Assembly (NCBI GenBank): GCA_049968255.1
Contig: JBMFRB010000001.1
Span: forward strand, 397,495 to 461,494
Length of the DNA: 64,000 nucleotides
Origin: Candidatus Sumerlaeaceae bacterium
Lineage (GTDB): Bacteria; Sumerlaeota; Sumerlaeia; Sumerlaeales; Sumerlaeaceae
Reading direction: 5' to 3'
The position numbers and the translations under genes were made by a program. Within the stretch, counting starts at the first letter, position 1. Each line of letters starts with the position of its first letter. The notes under the pieces were generated by a model that saw nothing but the letters and a program-made list of their open reading frames with translations, had not been told where the DNA came from and did no database searches. This document shows positions 39,150-49,060 of this stretch, one piece after another.

Positions 39150-41084
39150 ATGAAAACTGCGCAGAGAAAAGCTTCGGACGAAGAGGCTCTTGCGCGGCTC
39201 ACAAGAGCGCTGGGAGCACTCGCTGTCGTGCTGTGGGCAGCGAGCTGCTACAAGCAATCGTTGCCTTATCCTTTTTTGGGAGCTTTGTGGGCTGGCACGC
39301 TAGCCGTGCTGTGTTTTGTGCTCGGATGGCTGACGCTAATTCGGCCCGCAGCGATCTCGCAGCTCATTGCGCCTCTTGGCGCAGCGTTTGCCTTTACCGC
39401 TTGGACGCTGGCGCGCTGGTGGGCTGACGGCAGGCCGACAGTGGGCGCTGAAAACGTGATCACCGTGCTAACGTGGTGCGCTTGGTTTTTCGTAGCTGCG
39501 CAACTCATTGCACTCGCCCGTGGGCAATTCGCCTCCCACACGGACAGTTCGCACTGTTCGAAAGTTTTGTTTGTGCCAATGGCCGCTCTGGGTGGCCTGG
39601 CCGCCGTCTTCGCGGTGCACTCGATTCTGCAATATACAGTTTTGTACGACCTGCAGCTGAGTGAGCTTCGCGCTTCAATCGGCGATAGAACCCCGACAGC
39701 ACTGGAAATGGGTCTGATTCATCATTTTCAACTCAAGCGAGTCGCTTCTGTGTGGGGTGATCCCAACGCGTTCGCGGCGTTTTGTGCCTTGGGCTTTGGT
39801 GGTGCCCTTTTCACATGGTGGCACGCGAAGGGTTTCAAGTGGGCGATTTTTCTCAGGGGGGCTGGAGCTACAGCGATGGCCCTGTGCGTTGCGGGGATCT
39901 TCCTGAGTGGTTCACGCGGTGGGATCCTTGACCTGGTCGTGCTAGTGGTAGTGGCTGCTGCAATCGCGCGACGGCGCAAGCTCGAGCAAGCCGCAGTCTT
40001 GGCACTTGCGCTCGTTTTGGGCGCAACAGCATTGGCCGATGAACCAAGCCGAGGTCAAGGGCCTCGCGCAGTTTGGTGGAAACGCAGCGATACGATTCGC
40101 GAGCGCCTGCATTACGCGGAGATTGGGTGGAAGGTTTTCTCGAGCTCGCCGCTAGTAGGCGCAGGGCCAGGTTGCGTGGAGAAGTTTTACGGTAGGCTCA
40201 AGACTGCCGAGGCGCGTGAATCGAAATTTCTCCATAATTGGCTTCTGCAGATTGCTGCCGAGACAGGCGTGCTCGGTGTGCTTCTCTACTGCTTCGCCGT
40301 GCTAGCCGTCGTGCGTCTGGCGTGGCGCATGCGGCAGGAATGCGGGTTTTGCAGCGCAGTGCTGACAGCTCTCGTGGTCACATTTCTTTTGGATAGCTTT
40401 ATTGAGCTCTCTTACAACCAACGCGAGCTCATGGCGACATTCAGCATCCTCTGCGGGCTGACAACAGGAGCGGCCGGTCCCCCGGAGACGTTATCTGCAC
40501 GTCAGCAGCGAACCGCCCAGTGGCTCATCGCCGTGATGAGCCTTTTTCTCGGACTGGCAATGGGCCTCATTGCTATTCCGCGCGCATTGGCCAATGGTTT
40601 CCGGGATCTGGCAGAATCAAAACTTGAGGCGAAAGATGCAAACGGTTCCAAAGAAGACCTGCAACGAGCGTTGCGCTGGGCGGGAGAAGATCCCACAAGC
40701 TTGGCGCTTTCTGGGGAGCTTCAGCGCCAGACCCACGATTTTGTAGGGGCGGAGCGCACTTTGCGGCAAGCGCTTCAGGTGGCTCCTTGGAGCGCGAGCC
40801 TTCATGTCCAACTCGCCGCCACTCTTCGTGATCTTGGCAAATTCGATGAGGCCGAGAAGATGTTGCGCGCTGCCATCGAGCTATATCCCACGAAGGCAGA
40901 ATACTGGTACGAACTGGCGCAGTTGCTAGAAACTCGAGGCCGTTTGAGGGAAGCGCGGGAAGCGGCCGAAAAAGCGTGTGAATTTAGCTACCTTTATCCT
41001 GAACGTGACCGAGCACTGAAGCAACGGATCGAGAGTAAATTGCGCGAACAGGACACGACTTACTCTGCCACGGAGTCACCATGA
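39150..41084 (+). CDS. O-antigen ligase/O-oligosaccharyltransferase-like (Wzy_C) membrane protein with C-terminal TPRs
   Basis: GDPNAFA, SGSRGG, PLVGAGPG, HNWLLQIAAETGVLG; more than 10 TM helices; TPR tail. Confidence 0.8.
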   Translation: MKTAQRKASDEEALARLTRALGALAVVLWAASCYKQSLPYPFLGALWAGTLAVLCFVLGWLTLIRPAAISQLIAPLGAAFAFTAWTLARWWADGRPTVGAENVITVLTWCAWFFVAAQLIALARGQFASHTDSSHCSKVLFVPMAALGGLAAVFAVHSILQYTVLYDLQLSELRASIGDRTPTALEMGLIHHFQLKRVASVWGDPNAFAAFCALGFGGALFTWWHAKGFKWAIFLRGAGATAMALCVAGIFLSGSRGGILDLVVLVVVAAAIARRRKLEQAAVLALALVLGATALADEPSRGQGPRAVWWKRSDTIRERLHYAEIGWKVFSSSPLVGAGPGCVEKFYGRLKTAEARESKFLHNWLLQIAAETGVLGVLLYCFAVLAVVRLAWRMRQECGFCSAVLTALVVTFLLDSFIELSYNQRELMATFSILCGLTTGAAGPPETLSARQQRTAQWLIAVMSLFLGLAMGLIAIPRALANGFRDLAESKLEAKDANGSKEDLQRALRWAGEDPTSLALSGELQRQTHDFVGAERTLRQALQVAPWSASLHVQLAATLRDLGKFDEAEKMLRAAIELYPTKAEYWYELAQLLETRGRLREAREAAEKACEFSYLYPERDRALKQRIESKLREQDTTYSATESP

Positions 41085-41947
41085 TTCGTTTGAAGTCCTA
41101 TGCGAAAATCAACTGGTACTTACGAGTGGGGCAGCGCCGTAAGGACGGCTTCCACGAAATCGAGACGATTTTTCAGGAAATTGATCTAACGGACGAGCTC
41201 ACGTTCGAGCCACTCGAGGCGCCCGTGTGCGAAATCCACGGCATGCCTTTCGAGCTACCACCAGAGCAAAATTTGATTTGGCGGGCATGGCAATTGCTGC
41301 GGCGTGAAGTTGGCAACAACGTCGGCGGCATACGCATCGCGGTGCAAAAACGCATTCCAGCCGCTGGAGGCTTAGGAGGGGCGAGTTCGAACGCCGCGAC
41401 AACGTTACGCGCGCTGAACACCATGTTCAGCTTGAAGCTGAGAGTAGAGGAACTTGAAGGTTTGGGCGCCAAGCTTGGTAGCGATGTCGCCTTTTTCATT
41501 CGCGGTGGTTGCGCAGTGGGACGGGGGCGTGGCGAGGTGCTTCAGCAAATCCAAGGTGTGCCGGCCTATCCTCTCGTTCTTGTTTTTCCCGATGCCAAAG
41601 TGCCAACAGCCGAAGCGTACCAGCGCTTGAGTGGCCTCCCGCGGCCTAGACCGCCGGCGCACTTGGAAGCTGTCTTAGCAGCATTACGTGCTGGCGATCC
41701 TGTGGCTCTTGCTCCGCTGCTTCACAATGATTTTCAGATCCTTGTCGAAAAGGAGCTGTGGTTCACCGAGGCCGCTTCGTTGCTTCGCAATTTAGGATGT
41801 CTGAATTTCCTACTCAGTGGAAGCGGAAGTACGGTTTTCGGCCTAAAAAACACACTTGAACACGCATTTTCGAGCCGAAGAAGTAACAATAGCGTAATGC
41901 CAAGCTGGAGTCTGGAGGTCTGGACTCGGCCAGAAACACCAGTGTAG
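41081..41947 (+). CDS. ispE: 4-diphosphocytidyl-2-C-methyl-D-erythritol kinase
   Basis: AKINWYL, DGFHEI, KRIPAAGGLGGASSNAA, LGSDVAFF, SGSGSTVF. Confidence 0.95.
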   Translation: MIRLKSYAKINWYLRVGQRRKDGFHEIETIFQEIDLTDELTFEPLEAPVCEIHGMPFELPPEQNLIWRAWQLLRREVGNNVGGIRIAVQKRIPAAGGLGGASSNAATTLRALNTMFSLKLRVEELEGLGAKLGSDVAFFIRGGCAVGRGRGEVLQQIQGVPAYPLVLVFPDAKVPTAEAYQRLSGLPRPRPPAHLEAVLAALRAGDPVALAPLLHNDFQILVEKELWFTEAASLLRNLGCLNFLLSGSGSTVFGLKNTLEHAFSSRRSNNSVMPSWSLEVWTRPETPV

Positions 41948-41979
41948 GAGCAAATTTTACGAGGGGAAACTGAAGCACC

Positions 41980-42294
41980 ATGACTCAACTTGAGATTACA
42001 TCGGTGAACGTCCGTCCGTACGAATCGGAGGACGAGAAGCTCAAAGCTTTTGCTTCAATTGTCTTCAATAATTGTTTTATTGTAAAAGATTTGAAGGTAA
42101 TTGAGGGCACGAATGGCCGTTTTGTTGCGATGCCGAGCCGGCGCGGAAAGGATGGAGTTTTTCGCGACATCGCTCATCCGCTTAATCAGGAAACGCGAGA
42201 CATGATCGAGCGCATGGTCCTTGAGGCCTACGAGCGGGAGGCAAGTCGTGGGTTTCAGGGGTCCCGCCGGGCCAGCGACGGTCTTGACGATTAG
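41980..42294 (+). CDS. spoVG: SpoVG family nucleic acid-binding protein
   Basis: LKAFASIVF, DLKVIEG, FVAMPSR, DIAHPLN. Confidence 0.93.
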   Translation: MTQLEITSVNVRPYESEDEKLKAFASIVFNNCFIVKDLKVIEGTNGRFVAMPSRRGKDGVFRDIAHPLNQETRDMIERMVLEAYEREASRGFQGSRRASDGLDD

Positions 42295-42313
42295 GCGCGG
42301 CCTCTACTCGCCG

Positions 42314-44476
42314 TCACTCAAACAGACGAGAATCTTTTTTCGGTTCGGGGTACGGGATCATTTTGGGGGCAATTTCTACACCGCTCGCCCCTGCACCCCC
42401 TTCCACTTCAAGGGGAAGAACGCGGCGGTGAAGAGCCTCCTTGCCAGAGGCTTTGAAGGTAAACGTATGATAAAGGGCGATGGCGCGCGCTTCTAGCCAT
42501 TGCCGCTGCGCCTTGGGGACTTCGCGTATCTCGAATGCTTTTTGATCAGCAAGGCGATAGGAAAAATGGCTGAGATCAGGGGCGAAAGCGATGCCCTCTT
42601 GGGCCAGTTCGCCGTTGCGCTTGTTGCCATCCACCCACTCAGGATGTAGACCGAGTGCTGCGACAAGTTCTTTGTCTTCTGCAAGCATTTTAGGGCTCAG
42701 GACAATAGAACCCGCCGCGAGGGTAGGGTGGAGTTTGTCTAATTCTTTGCGGGCAGTTTTAGCAACTTTAACCTCGGGATATTCTGCAAGCAGCTGTTCA
42801 AGCAACCGCTTTCGTGTCACCAAATCTGCGGCCTGTGCTGCGGAGGCATAAAGCTGACGCGCTTCGTTCTCCCGAACTTTTGCAAGCCGAGCCGGATCTT
42901 CGTCGCCAGCCATTTGCAAGTAAGTGCGAGTTCTGACTGGATCGCCACTCTTTGAGCTCAGGTCGGCAATTTCCTTGGCGATTTCGGCTGAACGCGGCGA
43001 GCCCGGGTAGCGACGAATGTAGGCCGCGCCCGCATCAACGACAGAATCTATAGCCACAACGGTATGAAAGTGCTCGGCAACACCGCGGACGAGCATGTCG
43101 GTGACAAAGAGGGCAGGCACTGTGGCCGGGCTCTGACCTATACTTTGCACCGCTGCGGAGCCAGCGGCATAGAGTGTATCGTCCGTCTTGCGTTTGCCTG
43201 TGACGATAAATTTTTTCCTTTCTTCACGGAGCTGCGCGACGGCTTTATCAAAGGCTGTGTCGAGATTGTATGACGGCGTGTCGAGCAGGCCAGCAGCTGC
43301 GCGTCCTCCAGGCGTTGCTGGTGCAGACTCGGCAATGGAGTGCAAGAGTTCGACAGCGGCATCGTGATCCCCGTTTTGTTCGAGAAGGGCCGCGCGAGCA
43401 TAGCCCGCACTATCGGCCAGGCGCCCGCCGTTTTGCTCGACTTGCTTGAGCGTGGCCGCGTTGCCCGCACAAAGCGCACGTACTGCCTGTTCGAGCGCAT
43501 GCTGTTCCTCGGTCGAGAGCTGATCTTCCCAGTTGCTCACACTCACGGCTTGAAACGTTTCCTCTTCGCTCTCGCGTTGAGCCTTGCGTGCCTCATCGAG
43601 CAGCTGGAGGGCCTGCGTGTTGGTAGTTTCGAAAAAGGCGGCGGTTTCCAAATGAAAGATAGCGGCGCGGTAGTTTCCGGTCTGCATGGCCGCCCGACCA
43701 GCAAGAATCTCCTGTTCCACACGGTCGCGTCGGAGCTTTTCCGAGAGCTGGCGCAAGAGTTCTTCGACCTCGGGTCTTTCCGGCGCCTCCGGGTATTCGT
43801 CGAGAAAACGCCGGGCTAGATAGATCATTCGGCGCTCACGCTCGTTAGTGGTGCGTGCCTTGCGCATCGAATAAGCGGCATCGAGCAGAAGTTGCACGGC
43901 ATCCTGAGGCTGGAACAATGCTAGCTTGGAGAGGCTAGAGGAAGCGCGGTTGAAAACACGGGTGAAACGATTGTAGCGGTTCTCGCCTTTGAGCTGATTT
44001 AGCTCATAATATTCATCATCAAGGAGTGCCTGCATCAAGCGCAAGCGTAGTTCCTCATGGCGAAACTCCTTTGCAGCTTCCTGGCTTGCGCGCAGAAACG
44101 CCTCGCGATTATTTAGCGACATGATAAAGAGATAATGGATGGCACTACTGAGCGTTAGCTCGTTAGCTCTCACCCCTCGTTCCCGCTCCTTAGCCGCCTC
44201 ATGGCGATAGAGTTCAACAAGGCTCTGACGGTCATTGACAAGCACGGCGCCAACGGCCGCGCGGGCAACGTCGTCCCAGGTTTGAGCCTGGGCACGGGCG
44301 GTGTTCACCACTGTGGTCGTTTCATTGCTGCGCGAGGGCGTGGTGGCCAACAGGTTGGAAAAGCAAAAGACTGCGACCAACATCGTGGTCGACAGAGGTA
44401 GGCCAGTTGTTCTCCGTCTCCGCACACCAAATGAGTACGGCTGCGGTGAACTGGCATTCGGTTGAGCTAGCGGCAA
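42314..44476 (-). CDS. Hypothetical exported all-alpha/TPR-like protein
   Basis: 720-aa ORF with basic and hydrophobic N-terminus; helical repeats such as FLDEYPEAP, YIRRYPGSP, LLAEYPEV. Confidence 0.6.
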   Translation of the reverse strand: MPLAQPNASSPQPYSFGVRRRRTTGLPLSTTMLVAVFCFSNLLATTPSRSNETTTVVNTARAQAQTWDDVARAAVGAVLVNDRQSLVELYRHEAAKERERGVRANELTLSSAIHYLFIMSLNNREAFLRASQEAAKEFRHEELRLRLMQALLDDEYYELNQLKGENRYNRFTRVFNRASSSLSKLALFQPQDAVQLLLDAAYSMRKARTTNERERRMIYLARRFLDEYPEAPERPEVEELLRQLSEKLRRDRVEQEILAGRAAMQTGNYRAAIFHLETAAFFETTNTQALQLLDEARKAQRESEEETFQAVSVSNWEDQLSTEEQHALEQAVRALCAGNAATLKQVEQNGGRLADSAGYARAALLEQNGDHDAAVELLHSIAESAPATPGGRAAAGLLDTPSYNLDTAFDKAVAQLREERKKFIVTGKRKTDDTLYAAGSAAVQSIGQSPATVPALFVTDMLVRGVAEHFHTVVAIDSVVDAGAAYIRRYPGSPRSAEIAKEIADLSSKSGDPVRTRTYLQMAGDEDPARLAKVRENEARQLYASAAQAADLVTRKRLLEQLLAEYPEVKVAKTARKELDKLHPTLAAGSIVLSPKMLAEDKELVAALGLHPEWVDGNKRNGELAQEGIAFAPDLSHFSYRLADQKAFEIREVPKAQRQWLEARAIALYHTFTFKASGKEALHRRVLPLEVEGGAGASGVEIAPKMIPYPEPKKDSRLFE

Positions 44477-44598
44477 GCGCAGAAGAATGAGGCGGCGATC
44501 AACGCTGGTAACAATCGTCGCTCTTTCTCACCGATGATTCGTGCGGGCATTCAGTAGAAAGCCAAGAGTGCATCGAGATATGCCAAGGCGGTGAAGCG

Positions 44599-45933
44599 AT
44601 GAGCTGGCAACAGCGGTTGAAAGCGGTCGTAACGGGTGCGCTGGTTGTCACCCAGCTAATACTGGTGCTGCAGGTATGTGGGCAGATCCCATCAACGAAG
44701 AAGAAAAGTGCGCCCACCCCGATTTCTCAGGCACGTCAGGACCTTGGCGCCATTCGGCCAAGCAATCTTACTCTTCCCCTGTTTGCTGTGTCTGAGTTTG
44801 CCGGTGCGGAAGGGGTGGGAGAAATTGTGACGCGCGACCTTGCACTGGCTGACGTCGCTTCCGCGGCCGAGCATTCGGCTGCCTTAGAGGAAGCACGCCA
44901 AAAGGACCGACAAAGCGGCTCAGTGGTGTTAGAAGGCTGGACGGCCGCCGGCATCCATTATGTGCTGCGGGGCGAACTCAAGGGCGCAACAGCTGCAGCT
45001 GAGCTATACGACGTAGCTTCAAGCCAGCGACTTTTGGGGAAAATCTATTCTGGCCTTCGTGCGGGCGATGAGCGTCGCGTGGCGCATCAAATTGCCGACG
45101 ATATCATCACAGCACTCACGAACCGGCCTGGCATTTTTTCGTCGTATATTTGTGCGCTTGTCGATACCGGAGGCGGAAACAAAGAGGTCGTGGTGATGGA
45201 CGCCGATGGTGGCAACATGCGCCAACTTACGAATGAAGGGGCGTTGCTGTCTACTCCCGCGTGGGGAAAAAACGGAGCAGAAATTTATTTTACTTCTTAT
45301 CGCGATAACAACCCAGATCTTGTTGGCATCACGCTGCGCGGCCAACGTTTCGAGATCAGCCGTCGTCCAGGTCTCAATACTTCGCCCTCATGGAGCGAAG
45401 CTCTCCAACGACTCGCTGTGACGCTTTCAAAAGACGGAAACAGTGAGATCTACACCATGACCCGCGATGGCCGCGACCCAGTTCGTTTGACCGAGAATTC
45501 TGACGCAGACACGGCGCCAGACTGGAGTCCTGATGGAACACAAATCGTTTTTACCTCAGACCGCACTGGTACGCCACAGATCTACGTAATGGGTGCTGAC
45601 GGTTCTTCGCCCACACGCATCAGCACAGGCAAATACTGCGATTCTCCGGTGTGGAGCCCAGACGGATCTAAGATTGCGTATGTCGTGCGGGAAGGTGGGG
45701 AGTTTAACATCTATGTGCACGAACTCGCGTCAGGTGAGCTGACACGAGTCACAGGCGGGCAAGGCGCCAACCGTGATCCTAGTTGGGCGCCAGATTCTCG
45801 GCATATTGTCTTTGAGTCCGATCGAGGCGGAAGGCGCGGCCTCTACATTATGGACATTGCCGTGCGAGTAGCGCATCCCCTAGCGCTTGGCGCCTATTCT
45901 GCACCAGCGTGGGGCCCACCGTTTGCACGCTGA
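44599..45933 (+). CDS. tolB: TolB-like protein (N-domain plus PD40 beta-propeller)
   Basis: RRVAHQIADDII..LT..PGIF, then WSPDG-type repeats, SKDGNSEIY, SDRTGTPQIY. Confidence 0.8.
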   Translation: MSWQQRLKAVVTGALVVTQLILVLQVCGQIPSTKKKSAPTPISQARQDLGAIRPSNLTLPLFAVSEFAGAEGVGEIVTRDLALADVASAAEHSAALEEARQKDRQSGSVVLEGWTAAGIHYVLRGELKGATAAAELYDVASSQRLLGKIYSGLRAGDERRVAHQIADDIITALTNRPGIFSSYICALVDTGGGNKEVVVMDADGGNMRQLTNEGALLSTPAWGKNGAEIYFTSYRDNNPDLVGITLRGQRFEISRRPGLNTSPSWSEALQRLAVTLSKDGNSEIYTMTRDGRDPVRLTENSDADTAPDWSPDGTQIVFTSDRTGTPQIYVMGADGSSPTRISTGKYCDSPVWSPDGSKIAYVVREGGEFNIYVHELASGELTRVTGGQGANRDPSWAPDSRHIVFESDRGGRRGLYIMDIAVRVAHPLALGAYSAPAWGPPFAR

Positions 45934-46133
45934 GTTCTGGTCGACATGCATGAGAGCAAGGTAGAAGCCGTATATTTGGCGGCCATGCAGGTCGGCGTGC
46001 CTAGGCAACGGTAGTCTATCCAGCACTATCTTTTCGAAAACTCTGAATGCTGCGGAGTTTCGGATCACGGCGCCGCATCCCGTGCGGTTTTCTCTTCACT
46101 GGCGTCCGCGGCTTGCCAAGAATAGGCAATAGC

Positions 46134-46159
46134 GTACACACTTTGTACCAGTGCACAAA
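46134..46159. promoter_or_regulatory. Overlapping palindromes upstream of acnA, possible GntR/FadR-type operator
   Basis: GTACA-N5-TGTAC and TTTGT-N8-ACAAA directly before the RBS TAAGGAG. Confidence 0.3.
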
Positions 46160-46177
46160 TAAGGAGTTGGGAAACGG

Positions 46178-48925
46178 ATGAGTCAGAATAACATCGCAGA
46201 GAAAGCGCGCACGTGGCTAAGAATGCCGGCGGGGGATTATGAGATCTGGTCGCTTCAGCGGGTGGCTTCGGCCGAAAAACTCGCGCGGCTTCCGGTTTCA
46301 TTGCGCGTGCTGTTGGAAAACGTTTTGCGGACCGACGATGGGACAGAAGAAAGTGCGCAGGCTATCGAGGCCATTTTGAATTGGGACCCGCAACGGGAAC
46401 CTGAGACGGAAATAGGTTTCACCGTAGGGCGCGTTCTGCTGCAGGATTTTACTGGCGTGGCCTGCGTGGCCGATCTCGCAGCAATGCGTGACGCGGTGGT
46501 TCGGTTCGGAAAAGACCCGGCTGCCATCGATCCACTTCAGCCGGTGGAACTCGTCATTGATCACTCGGTGCAAGTGGATGCATTTGGTTCGCCCGAAGCA
46601 CTGCGAATCAATGCACAACGAGAATACGAGCGCAACCGTGAACGCTACATGTTTCTGAAATGGGGTTCACGCGCCTTCCGGCGCCTCCGTGTTGTGCCGC
46701 CAGACACCGGAATTGTGCATCAGGTGAACATCGAGTTTCTCGCGCGAGTCGTGATGACAGAAGAGAAAGAAGGAAAGACCCGCGCTTTTTTTGATACGCT
46801 CGTGGGAACGGATTCACACACGACGATGGTCAATGCCCTGGGCGTGCTCGGCTGGGGTGTGGGCGGCATTGAAGCGGAAGCGGCCATGCTGGGTCAACCG
46901 ATTGCCATGCTCGTTCCTCAGGTGGTAGGAGTAAGGCTTGTGGGCAAAATGCAGGCTGGCACAACCGCGACAGATCTGGTCCTCACCCTGACTCAACGCT
47001 TGCGCCAGCTCGGGGTAGTTGGCAAATTCGTCGAATTCTTTGGGCCCGGCTTGGCCTCGCTCAGTGTGGCAGACCGCGCAACGCTCGCCAACATGGCGCC
47101 CGAATACGGAGCAACCGTTGGATTCTTCCCCGTGGATGATAAAACGTTGGACTATCTACGCTTTACTGGTCGCGACGAAAAACAGATTGCGCTGGTGGAA
47201 GCTTATTGGAAAGAGCAGGGACTGTTCCGCCACGCAAACTTTCAAGATCCAGAATACTCGACAACACTTGAGGTTGACCTTGGCACCATCGAGCCGACTT
47301 TAGCTGGCCCACGTCGCCCTCATGACCGCGTGGCTCTGAGTGACGCAAAGGCAAGTTGGCGACGCGCGCTAGTGGAAAACCTTGTGGCAAAGAACAAAAT
47401 TTCTCAGCAAGAAGGATCAGCTTTTCTTGAGGGGAAAGAGCCTGCCGCGGACAGCGCATTGAAGCGGAGCCTTCACGTTGCCCACAGTGAACGTCCGTTC
47501 GAGATGAAACATGGGAACGTCGTCATCGCTGCGATTACCAGCTGCACGAACACCTCTAACCCGAGTGTGCTCGTGGCAGCCGGATTGCTCTCAAAGAAGG
47601 CCGTGGAGCGAGGGCTACGCACCCAGCCCTGGGTGAAAACAAGTCTGGCTCCAGGTTCCCAGGTTGTATCGGAGTATTTACGCCAGTCCGGATTGCTTGA
47701 ACCCCTCGAAAAGCTACGCTTCCACGTGGTGGGTTATGGTTGCACGACGTGTATTGGTAACAGTGGGCCGCTCCCCGAGCCAGTGGCCAAGGCCATCACA
47801 GATGGCGAACTTGTCGTTGCAGCTGTTCTTTCCGGCAACCGGAATTTTGAGGGACGGATCCATCCGCTTGTCCGCGCAAATTACCTTGCCTCGCCGCCAC
47901 TCGTCGTCGCGTACGCACTTGCAGGAACAATGGACATTGATCTGGCCAACGAGCCCCTTGGCACGGACGCGCATGGCAAGCCGGTCTACCTGCGCGAGAT
48001 CTGGCCTTCGCCAGAAGAGATCAGGCAGGTCATGGAATCGAGCATTCGCTCGGAAATGTTCCGCAACGTCTATGCCAACGTCTTCGAGGGCGACGAGAAT
48101 TGGCGCGCTATTCCGTCCCCCACGGGTGTTCGTTACGAATGGGATCCGCAGTCCACGTATATCAAGGCGCCACCCTTCTTTGAAGGGTTCGGACTTGAAT
48201 CGCCACTCCTGCGCGACATCAGAGGCGCACGGGCATTGGCTGTGCTGGGGCACAGCGTAACAACCGACCACATCTCGCCGGCGGGGTCGATTTCGCCGAA
48301 TTCGCCAGCCGGCCAATACCTCATGTCGCTTGGTATCGAGCCGAAAGATTTCAATTCTTACGGCGCACGGCGTGGCAATCACGAAGTGATGATTCGCGGC
48401 ACTTTTGCGAACATTCGACTGCGCAACGAGCTTGTGCCTGGTGTGGAAGGCGGCTACACCGTGCACTTGCCTGATCGCGAGCAAATGACGATTTACGACG
48501 CTGCGATGCGTTATCGGGCGGAAGGCGTGCCGCTGGTAGTGATCGCCGGTCAGGAATACGGCAGCGGCTCATCGCGCGACTGGGCAGCAAAAGGCACAGC
48601 GCTGCTTGGCGTACGGGCCGTCATTGCGGAAAGTTTCGAGCGTATCCACCGCAGCAACCTCGTCGGCATGGGGGTCCTCCCGCTGCAATTTCGTCCAGGC
48701 GAAACTCGCCAGTCTTTGGGAATCACTGGCTTTGAGACTTTTGATATCGTCGGCATCGCCCAAACACTCGCCCCAAAGAGCGAGGCCACAGTGATCGCGC
48801 GTCGCGACGATGGAAGCCGCGTGGAGTTCCGTGTGCACGTACGCATAGACACGGCGAAGGAGCTCGATTACTATCGGCACGGCGGAATCCTGCAGTTTGT
48901 TCTGCGTCAATTGCTCGTAAATTAG
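46178..48925 (+). CDS. acnA: Aconitate hydratase A
   Basis: LQDFTG, DHSVQVD, GTDSHTT, AITSCTNTSNP, GYGCTTCIGNSG, TTDHISPAG, GSGSSRDWAAKG. Confidence 0.97.
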   Translation: MSQNNIAEKARTWLRMPAGDYEIWSLQRVASAEKLARLPVSLRVLLENVLRTDDGTEESAQAIEAILNWDPQREPETEIGFTVGRVLLQDFTGVACVADLAAMRDAVVRFGKDPAAIDPLQPVELVIDHSVQVDAFGSPEALRINAQREYERNRERYMFLKWGSRAFRRLRVVPPDTGIVHQVNIEFLARVVMTEEKEGKTRAFFDTLVGTDSHTTMVNALGVLGWGVGGIEAEAAMLGQPIAMLVPQVVGVRLVGKMQAGTTATDLVLTLTQRLRQLGVVGKFVEFFGPGLASLSVADRATLANMAPEYGATVGFFPVDDKTLDYLRFTGRDEKQIALVEAYWKEQGLFRHANFQDPEYSTTLEVDLGTIEPTLAGPRRPHDRVALSDAKASWRRALVENLVAKNKISQQEGSAFLEGKEPAADSALKRSLHVAHSERPFEMKHGNVVIAAITSCTNTSNPSVLVAAGLLSKKAVERGLRTQPWVKTSLAPGSQVVSEYLRQSGLLEPLEKLRFHVVGYGCTTCIGNSGPLPEPVAKAITDGELVVAAVLSGNRNFEGRIHPLVRANYLASPPLVVAYALAGTMDIDLANEPLGTDAHGKPVYLREIWPSPEEIRQVMESSIRSEMFRNVYANVFEGDENWRAIPSPTGVRYEWDPQSTYIKAPPFFEGFGLESPLLRDIRGARALAVLGHSVTTDHISPAGSISPNSPAGQYLMSLGIEPKDFNSYGARRGNHEVMIRGTFANIRLRNELVPGVEGGYTVHLPDREQMTIYDAAMRYRAEGVPLVVIAGQEYGSGSSRDWAAKGTALLGVRAVIAESFERIHRSNLVGMGVLPLQFRPGETRQSLGITGFETFDIVGIAQTLAPKSEATVIARRDDGSRVEFRVHVRIDTAKELDYYRHGGILQFVLRQLLVN

Positions 48926-49060
48926 CCTCCGTTCTGCCCGTTTGCTGAAGACGAGATGGGGGCGAGAATATTTGGTGAACGCATTCTCGCCCCTTGACTT
49001 TAGACGTGGGCCAACTGTCGGAATCGGCTGGTCTCATTGAATTTCTCGCAAGGAGGAAAC

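Noticed and set aside
41980-42294. spoVG as evidence of sporulation
   Set aside because: SpoVG is a widespread nucleic-acid-binding regulator in non-sporulating bacteria, and the ispE-spoVG order is common
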